A DNA stretch of 64,000 nt from positions 62,001 to 126,000 of the forward strand of contig NIVC01000776.1 of NCBI GenBank assembly GCA_002269645.1. The letters run 5' to 3'. The translations under genes and the position numbers were made by a program. The stretch is from Macrostomum lignano (lineage: Eukaryota). How positions within the stretch are numbered: the first letter of the stretch is position 1; each line of letters starts with the position of its first letter. Positions 50,014 to 64,000 of the stretch are shown here, piece after piece. Under the pieces are notes generated by a model. The model was not told the DNA's origin. It worked only from the letters and a program-made list of their open reading frames with translations, and did not search any database.

Positions 50014-50902
50014 GCACACAGGCTCGCGGAATCGGATTCGTTGGAAAAATTTTACTCTTTATTTTAATCTATCCCTCTTATGATCGACGACAATTTTTTT
50101 CACACAATTGTTTCAATAATATTTGTTTAAATTATTCACTTTGCGCATTCACTACCTTGAATATTTACATTTTTGTACTTTGCTTCTCTGTGCCTCCTCG
50201 GTGGACTCCACGGCCACTAAAACAGTCGTCAGAATCTCAGAACCTTCTCTTTTAATCACTGTTTATCCATGATAATCGTGATTTTATTTATTTATTATTT
50301 TTTTATGTAATATTCTATACTATCTACTCCCGTTAGTCGCCAGTAGTCAGTTTGCAGTCCAACACAGTGAATTCGGGGTGCGGCTGTCGGAGCGGCAAGA
50401 TCCTGCTAGACTTGAAAGAAGACCATGACTAACCAACCTCATGAAAGAAATGAGTGGCTAACAAAATCTCCGCAGTTCTGCTGTGTTTCGCACAATTTAC
50501 GCTCGTAGCAGCTTAATCGCATATTATTGAAGAGCCTTGAAAGTTCAATTATCAATATTTTTATCTTTTTGCCGTGCCCAATAACTATCTGCACACAGCA
50601 TTGTTTGCTCATGTCCTCTACATGTAACGCAATCAGCCGGACACTTGGATCTTTTTACTCCTATCAATCGTTTTTTTGTAATGCTGTTTTGCATAAGGTG
50701 TTGACGTATTGCCTTAAAAATATACAACCAGTTAGTGTCTTCATTAGATTGCTTTCCCATTTTTAATCCTCAAATTTTGTTTATTTGACTTAAAATCGAT
50801 GCCCAATTGTTCACGAAAATTCTTTTAAGCGAATCTCTTACAGCGAGTGCAGAGTGCTCTAGATGTACTTTGAGCGTTTGTCAACAGTAACAGATACGAA
50901 CA

Positions 50903-51415
50903 GATATTTGACGATTCTGCCAGAAGGTCGGATTTTTCACATACGCGCCAGTGTATTCAGTGCAACCCCTGTGCGCCGATCAGCACTGCCTTCGGTGGTC
51001 ACTGGCTCCCCCCCCCCAGGCGGAGCTTCTAGACCTTCAACAGGTGGCACCAGGTGACCATGGACACCCTGTTGCGAATTTCTCTGGTTTCGCCTATTAG
51101 GCCTCGACAGTGGGCAAATCTCACCTTCTGGACATCCTTAGTTAGTCTCTCAAGCGTACCTCAAGCTACCCTAAATTGGTTGGTACCTTCAACAGGTGTC
51201 ACCATGTTGATTAAATTTGATGAAGAGGCCGCATTGAGGTGCAGTGCTGATTGGCGCACAGGGGTGTACTGAAAACACTGGCGCTTGTGGGAAAAATTCG
51301 ACCTTACTGGCAGAATCGTTTAATATATCGACGTTTTTGAAGGGCTTGGGACTTGATTCTTGATTGAGAAGGTGCGCAACAAAAAGTTAGCTCGTGTTGT
51401 TGAATTTCGTTTGCC
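50903..51415. mobile_element. Shorter, internally deleted copy of the foldback family at 43385-45234
   Basis: Shares GATTCTGCCAGAAGGTCGGATTTTTC...CAGCACTGC and its inverted counterpart ...GCAGTGCTGATTGGCGCACAGGGGTGTACTG...GAGAAGGTGCGCAACAAAAAGTT. Confidence 0.8.
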
Positions 51416-52375
51416 ATGGACTTCTGTGTGTCCACAGAGATGAGGTCCTGGATCACCAACTGGTGTAAAGTAAAGGCTCAAAACTGCTGCTGGCCTTATG
51501 GAACCTTCCGGACATGCAAAAGCTAATGGGCTCCAGACTGCGCCAATCACGCAGCTTGCGGTTTCTAAGAAAATAAATAATTGAGGTCACCAATAGACAG
51601 TTCACCCCCTCTTCTCATTCACTCTCTTCCACTCTGCCAGTGAGTTTCCTAGATGCAAAAATTGGAACAACAGTTTAATTTAAACCGCAGAGATCCCGGC
51701 TGATTGCAGGGCATTCGCTTTGTTTATTCAAGACTGCACGAGAAACAAAACACAAGATTAGAATAGCTGCAATTATGAGTTCTGTTTGCTGTGCGCAGAA
51801 AAACAAAAATACTACACGAAAATAGCGACGCCATTTTCCTGATGGAAACAGGAAAAAAAATCACATCTAAGATTAAAATAATAAATAATTTATTGATAGC
51901 TGATTTATATATGATAACCACAGAAGTCTGACAGTCACATCTTGATGTGAATTTATGAATTTGTTTACTGGAACAGTTTTGTATACTGATACTGCTTACT
52001 GTAAACAGAACATTAAAATATTCTTTGTAAATTAATTTTACATCCTCCAGTGAGTGCAAGCCGCCTCGATGCCCAGCATGCCCTACACTTCCTACTTGTA
52101 TGAGTAGAGTAAGTATATACCACGGACAAGAAAGCTACGGCACAACGCTGAATTTTACAGACAAACTGTTCAGGGAAAGGTTTTGCCAGACAACAATGTC
52201 ACAGCATGGACTAAAAAGAGAGAGAGAGAGAGAGAGAGAGAGCAAGGAACTGGAGCGTGCTTGGGGACCGAGAGTTTAGCAACAAGCGGGATGGCTGATC
52301 CGGGGACCGCGCGCTGGACGGATCAGAGGCAATATGGGGACGCGAACACTTTAATAAAGTGAAATCAAGCAGGAA

Positions 52376-52935
52376 GCTTGAGTTGGAGCTCAGAGCTGTC
52401 ACCCAATCACAGCAGGGTTGATTTGGAGCTCAGAGCTGTCACCCAATCACAGCAGGGTTGATTTGGAGCTTAGAGCTGCCACCCAATCACAGCAGGGTTG
52501 AGTTGGAGCTTAGAGCTGCCACCCAATCACAGCAGGGTTGAGTTGGAGCTTAGAGCTGCCACCCAATCACAGCAGGGTTGAGTTGGAGCTTAGAGCTGCC
52601 ACCCAATCACAGCAGGGTTGAGTTGGAGCTTAGAGCTGCCACCCAATCACAGCAGGGTTGAGTTGGAGCTTAGAGCTGCCACCCAATCACAGCAGGGTTG
52701 AGTTGGAGCTCAGAACTGTCACCCAATCACAGCAGGGTTGAGTTGGAGCTCAGAGCTGTCACCCAATCACAGCAGGGTTGAGTTGGAGCTCAGAGCTGCC
52801 ACCCAATCACAGCAGGGTTGAGTTGGAGCTCAGAGCTGCCACCCAATCACAGCAGGGTTGAGTTGGAGCTCAGAGCTGCCACCCAATCACAGCAGGGTTG
52901 AGTTGGAGCTCAGAGCTGTCACCCAATCACAGCAG
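52376..52935. repeat. 40-bp minisatellite x14, each unit containing CCAATCA
   Basis: Unit GGAGCTCAGAGCTGTCACCCAATCACAGCAGGGTTGAGTT with an exact 40-bp period (ACCCAATCAC at 52401, 52441...52921). Confidence 0.97.
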
Positions 52936-53163
52936 GTGAGCTGCAGCTCACCTTGATTTCCCATTCGCTCACGGTGGCTGCCCATGAAAGCGACGCAAAC
53001 ACGCAGACATGCTACGTGCTGCGCGCAGGCCCTCTACAGCTGCGCTTCGTTCGGAAACATCAGGTCATGGTTAAATATCACTTTTTTACAACAAAGGCGA
53101 CGACAATAAAAAATTAGCGTGCTCAAGCGGCTGTCACTCATCCTGGCGGACTGCCGGCCCGCC

Positions 53164-58066
<4,903 letters not shown>

Positions 58067-58194
58067 CTGCGGAGGAAACGGGAGAAAAGAGCCAAGTCGT
58101 GTTCAGCAGCTGCTATGGACGGCATCACAGGTGGCAGAGTAAGTAAATGAAAAATTGATACGAAAATGTGGAAAAGAGGGGAGCAAAAAGGAGA

Positions 58195-58430
58195 AGCGAT
58201 GAAAGAAGAGGGAAGAAACGGAAGAAGAGGGTAAGAAACAGGAGAGGAGGGGAAGAAACGGGAGAGGAGGGGAAGAAACGGAAGAGGAGGGGAAGAAACG
58301 GAAGAGGAGGGGAAGAAACGGAAGAGGGGAAGAAACGGAAGAGGAGGGGAAGAAACGGAAGAGGAGGGGAAGAAACGGAAGAGGAGGGGAAGAAACGGAA
58401 GAGGAGGGGAAGAAACGGAAGAGGGGGACA
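58195..58430. repeat. About 20-bp purine-rich repeat (GGAAGAAACGGAAGAGGAGG)
   Basis: Direct inspection. Confidence 0.9.
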
Positions 58431-58844
58431 AAAATGAAACAGGGGGGGGGGGAATAGCAGAGAAGGGAGCAAGGTAATTCGTGAAGTTCAAAGACTTTGC
58501 AGCTCAGCAGTTGCAGCTGTCGAGCAGAGTCTATTAGATTATAAGCTGCTTGCCAGAAATCCGTCAGGCTTTTGAGCTCAATTTTCCGCTCGGTTGACTC
58601 GCCAGCTATTCTTCTAACAGCTCTTTGATGCCGAGCGCTAATGCGATTTTGCTTTGTAACTTTCCAAGAAGGCGAATTAATTGAAGGCATGGAATGGATT
58701 TTGTCAGTTGTCTGATGACCAGCCAGGCCTGCAGAGGCTTTTATCCAGAAAACATTTTTGTTCTTTGGGACAACATTTTCAGACAATTTACTAGGAAAAA
58801 TTCACTTCTCGTCGGATATTTCTCTTGCAGAGTTTGCAAGCTCG

Positions 58845-59580
58845 ACCCTCGGACACTATATTTCTCGGACACTATATTACTTGGACACTATACTACACGG
58901 ACACTGTATTACTTGGACACAATATTACTTGGACACAATCTTACTTGGACTTAATATTACTCGGACACTATAATACTCGGACACTATATTACTCGGACAC
59001 TATATTAATTGGACTTAATATTACTCGGACACTATAATACTCGGACACTATAATACTCGGACACTATATTACTCGGACACTATATTAATTGGACTTAATA
59101 TTACTCGGACACTATAATACTCGGACACTATAATACTCGGACACTATAATACTCGGAAACTATATTACTCGGACACTATATTATTGGACTTAATATTACT
59201 CGGACACTATAATACTCGGACACTATATTACTTGGACACTATATTACTTGGACACTATATTACTTGGACACTATATTACTTGGACACTATATTACTTGGA
59301 CACTATATTACTTGGACACTATATTACTTGGACACTATATTACTTGGACTTAATATTAATTGGACACTATATTACTCGGACACTATATTACTCGGACACT
59401 ATATTACTCGGACACTATATTACTTGGACTTAATATTAGTCGGACACTATAATACTCGGACACTATATTACACGGACACAATATTACTTGGACACTATAT
59501 TACTCCGACACTATATTACTTGGACCCTGTATTACCTGGATAGAATATTACTCGGACACTACATTACTTGGACACTATCT
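58845..59580. repeat. 16-bp minisatellite (GGACACTATATTACTC), about 45 copies
   Basis: Direct inspection. Confidence 0.95.
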
Positions 59581-61139
59581 TGCTAAGCAACAATCTCAGT
59601 CGGACACTATTACTCGGAGACAATCATCCTCGGCCACTCTCGGACACTATTATCCGACCTGCATTGTCCGAGCGTCTTCCAGACGCCGAAGTCACACACG
59701 CAAGACAGTCTGGCCAAGGGTTCTGCATCCAATTCCCCAATGACCTTATAACCAATTCGGACACAGTCGGACACAGTCGGACACAAGCAATCAAGTTCAG
59801 TTTGTCAAAACAGATTTTTTATTTCATGCAGCAGCACCGCAGGATTAGCATGCCTGGCTCAGATCCAACTCACGCATTCTCTTTAATCTTTGCTTGAGCT
59901 TGCCCGCAAGAACTTTCGGAGCATTGCAGACGCTCTTTGAAAGTCTGCTGCAGACTTAATAGACTTAAAGAGCTCCGCGAATTCAGCTGGGGCGGCTTAA
60001 AGGAGGACTGGGAATATAAATGATCAGAGATAAAGGATAAGAAGCGAACTTAGCTGGGACTCCTTGGTGGATTAAAAAACTGAAAGCTAATCTGGATTTG
60101 GTGCCGCGAGCCCCTCTGAGAAATTGGCGGGAGAGGCGTCGGAGAGACTCGCTATTAACTTCCCAGCCAAGAGGGAGGGGCACGCGAGCTGGTGGGGCTT
60201 TGCGCGGAGGGATTGAAAATCAATTATCTCGCCAAGTGCGAATTCGGCTGCTATGCGGATGAGGCGGGCGCTCCAGCTTCCAATGGGGATTTCTGCTTTC
60301 TCTCTACTTTGTTCTTTACGGCAGTGCGGCCGCGGTCTCTGAGGACTTCGGCCACTGAGTTCTCTGGACTTGCCGACTCGGTGACCAACCCTGTACCCTG
60401 CTAACAAGTGCGCGGCCGGGCCACTGACCTCCCTGTGGCGTCCTTCTTGTCCGAGATGACTTGCACTCAGTAACCTCTTGCTTGACTACCGATCCAATGA
60501 ACCACCAACTGGATCCGTGACCAAGGACTACTGATAGTAAGCGGACATCAAAATGTGTCGCAATGCATTCTTTAATTGCCAAAATTGCCAAAAAATACTA
60601 AAGTGCGTTTAAAAGCAAAACTGGGCCTTCAATATAAAATTTCTATAATTTTGACATGTTACGTCCTTGATCTACCAGTGGTGCTTGTCAGCGGCCCCGC
60701 CACTGCATGGGTTGGGGCGGAACTTGCCGCGCTTTTCGGGACAGATACAGGAGAAATTGGGTGCCATCGAGGCCTTCTGCAAATCCCAACGCTCCCAGAG
60801 CTGTTTGTCTCCCAAGCACTGCATTTGAGCCTCCGTCAGTCCCATGCGAATAGTGCGCCATCCCGGAACTCTCAATTCGAGCGCAGGATTAGACAGAAAC
60901 TTTTTTTTGTTATTCAGAGTTGAATTTTGAAATAAACTCAATCAACAGGCCGCGCACTTCTGCACTGTGCAGCTACGAGCCTAGCTTAGTTGATTGTATG
61001 CGAACGGCGCAGATGAACGGCTAAAAGGCATTGAAATCAATCTATTATTGATGGGAAAGTGGCAACTCGACTGGGGCTCAGATTTTTTTGCTTGTTTAAG
61101 ACTCAAATTTTCAAAATGCCGCTTGTCCCGGGAATCGGC

Positions 61140-61835
61140 ATGGCTGAAAATGGCTCAATGTACATCAGATGCACTTTTCCCTGGCCAGTGTGGCTCAATG
61201 TACATCAGATGCACTTTTCCCTGGCCAGTGTGGACTCAATGTACATCAGATGCACTTTTCCCTGGCTAGTGTGGACTCAATGTACATCAGATGCACTTTT
61301 CCCTGGCCAGTGTGGCTCAATGTACATCAGATGCACTTTTCCCTGGCCAGTGTGGCTCAATGTACATCAGATGCACTTTCCCTGGCCAGTGTGGCTCAAT
61401 GTACATCAGATGCACTTTTCCCTGGCCAGTGTGGCTCAATGTACATCAGATGCACTTTTCCCTGGCCAGTGTGGCTCAATGTACATCAGATGCACTTTCC
61501 CTGGCCAGTGTGGCTCAATGTACATCAGATGCACTTTCCCTGGCCAGTGTGGCTCAATGTACATCAGATGCACTTTTCCCTGGCTAGTGTGGACTCAATG
61601 TACATCAGATGCACTTTTCCCTGGCTAGTGTGGACTCAATGTACATCAGATGCACTTTTCCCTGGCTAGTGTGGACTCAATGTACATCAGATGCACTTTT
61701 CCCTGGCTAGTGTGGACTCAATGTACATCAGATGCACTTTTCCCTGGCTAGTGTGGACTCAATGTACATCAGATGCACTTTTCCCTGGCCAGTGTGGACT
61801 CAATGTACATTAGATGCACTTTTCCCTAGCCAGTT
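61140..61835. repeat. About 40-bp minisatellite (GGCTCAATGTACATCAGATGCACTTTTCCCTGGCCAGTGT), about 17 copies
   Basis: Direct inspection. Confidence 0.96.
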
Positions 61836-62416
61836 TGAACTAAATGTACTCCAGAGCCGACCACTCAACAACTGGCATGAGCATATAGAGGCCAAAGCCA
61901 TGTGGCTGAGCCAAGCGACAAGCGAAAACATCCTATATACTTAAGCTTCTATAAGTTGTCTTAAATTGTTAGAAAAGTGCAGCCATTGCCCAAGAACTGC
62001 CTGTTTATAGAAGGCAAATATAAGCGGCAAGGGACTCCATGGGAGCAGCCCTACATCAGGCGCAGGTGGAATTGAGGGCTTGAATGATTCGCATATCCCT
62101 CATCCACCCAGACTGAAAATGGTCAGCCCAAAAGCTGCATACCGCCTGCTGCGATGCGCGACTTGCCGACCGGATGTTTTGCTGCACCGCTGGCCAGACC
62201 GGAGATCCGGAGCGGTGCCGCCTCCCTCTTGTTCCGCGACCCCCCCCCCCCTGTTGGTGTCGCCTGCGTTCCAGCAAAACTATTTTCTTTTCCAACCCAC
62301 CTGCCAAATCGCATTCCCCAGATTAAAGACAGAAGCTGTTTGGCTCAGGCAGTGAACGCGGCAGTTTGAAGAGTTGCCGCTCCGGACAGGGGAGCCCTCC
62401 CTGGCCTGGCAGCTAA

Positions 62417-62637
62417 AATAGCTTCGGAACTTTCCACTGAGCCTGTAAATAGCTTCGGAACTTTCCACTGAGCCTGTAAATAGCTTCGGAACTTTCCACT
62501 GAGCCTGTAAATAGCTTCGGAACTTTCCACTGAGCCTGTAAATAGCTTCGGAACTTTCCACTGAGCCTGTAAATAGCTTCGGAACTTTCCACTGAGCCTG
62601 TAAATAGCTTCGGAACTTTCCACTGAGCCTGTAAATA
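62417..62637. repeat. 31-bp minisatellite (GCTTCGGAACTTTCCACTGAGCCTGTAAATA) x7
   Basis: Direct inspection. Confidence 0.96.
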
Positions 62638-64000
62638 AGGCCCACTGATGTACAAAGCGAAAAGTACGTGTGACATGTATGCGACAGTCGGGCGATTGCA
62701 AGATAATTGGCCTTTTTTGATGGCGGTGTGAACCGCTCGCAGCCGGTGCACAGTCGAAGCCTTGAAGCGCTCCCTGCGACGCCGTTATCCTTCAAGACTT
62801 TGTTGCAGAAATGAATTAATCTCCTATTTCTCTAGCAGTTTAAAGGTCTGTTACAGAATAAGGCTTAAAGTAGGTGCGCAAGATACGTAACAAGGCAGCT
62901 GCATGTACATCCGGTACCAATTTGGATTTCGTTACATAAGACAGGTGAAAGTAATTGCAAGATTCGCATTGAGTTATTCATTATTAATAACTCCGTTTAT
63001 GGCTTGGCTCTCGACTTCTCGACTTCAATTAATTAGGCAAGACGAGGCGGCGGCAGCTGAAATCCGGCAATCCCGCTCGGAGGCGGATGAAGGCGTCAAG
63101 CTGCGCGTGGCAACCAAAGCCCGACGGTCGCTGGGATAAGAATCCGGGAGGGATCGAGGAATTCCGCCCGCGTCTCTCGCCTCCCCCCTCCCCCTGTCCC
63201 TGGGTGACCCCCCGCCGGCTACCCGTGGCAGGATGCCGCCCCTTCATATCCCAGTTCTCCCGCCCTGACCGGCCACTCCGGCTCGCAGATTGATTGCCGG
63301 CAATCGGCTTTCACTTATCCCAGGGCGAGCCGCTGCATTGTGCGCTTCGCTGATTTCGCCTTTTTAGAAATTGCATTCCTCACGCATTCCCCCGGCCACC
63401 GGCTCGGTCCGTATTTATTTTGACTGTCTCAAACTGGCTCGCATGATGCTCTCCAAGCCAGTGAGCCCGCACGGGTCCATTCAGTTCTGCTTGTGCAAAG
63501 ACAGCCAGTTTCGCTTGCTTCTAAGTTCTACCAAACCAGCCCCGACGGCGTAAAATATTAACTCTTTGTTATTTGAACTTCAAAGATTTTTCTGGTCTAT
63601 TAATTCAAATCTTTGCCGCACAGTATCCTTTGTGATCACCACGGCGCTAAAGAACTCCAATTCAATTCTATTTGAATGCGAATTTTTTATTATCTATTAT
63701 TATAGTTGATGAAACCGTCCCAGCTCTGAAAGTAAACTTTCCGAAAGTAGTTCGGATCTGAAAATTCTTCAAATGCCAAATGCTAATCCTGGCAGGCTTC
63801 ATATCCAAGAGAGTCTGAGATCCCGTCTTATTCGCCTTTGATCTCCCAATTCCATTCCGTCTGACCGCAGGCCATCCGGGAATTCAATTTGCATGGTCGC
63901 TGATGAGCCTCCCTGCATCTTGCCCGGTATGCTCATCCTGCATGAGATGGCCAGCCTGGAGGAGGACGGCGAGTTCCAATCACAGCAAATGCCATGCATG

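Noticed and set aside
58067-64000. First (TM1) exon of the GPCR
   Set aside because: No GN-x-x-V / LAxSD-type TM1-TM2 coding segment was found on the minus strand by eye; it probably lies beyond the window. The GC-rich stretches at 55620-56800, 59900-60950 and 62000-63400 could not be assigned.

Overview
Eukaryotic (animal) genomic DNA: GC-rich exons, GT-AG introns, and a different minisatellite in most large introns. This style suggests the flatworm Macrostomum lignano, but that is inference, not proven. Gene content, left to right: (1) the 5' part of an acetyl-CoA carboxylase gene (minus strand, 7 exons, continuing off the left edge); (2) a 2.6-kb non-autonomous hAT element with perfect 12-bp TIRs and an 8-bp TSD; (3) a beta-propeller gene directly downstream of an L-gulonolactone-oxidase/ALO-family gene whose FAD and substrate motifs are degenerate; (4) two tandem Cys-rich caveolins; (5) a BEL/Pao pol relic and a hAT MITE; (6) a 19-exon TRPM channel (plus strand) carrying a Tc1 relic and a foldback element in its introns; (7) a convergent neuromedin-U/PRXamide-type GPCR whose 5' exon(s) I could not locate. 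Exon boundaries were derived by hand from splice motifs, phase continuity and family motifs. The most unusual observations are an array of 11 identical copies of a TRPM 3' splice site, of which only the last gives an open frame; the GULO-like probable pseudo-enzyme and its possible operon or fusion link to the propeller gene; and the densely micro-duplicated interior of the hAT element. Two coding frameshifts fall in homopolymer runs and are probably assembly errors.
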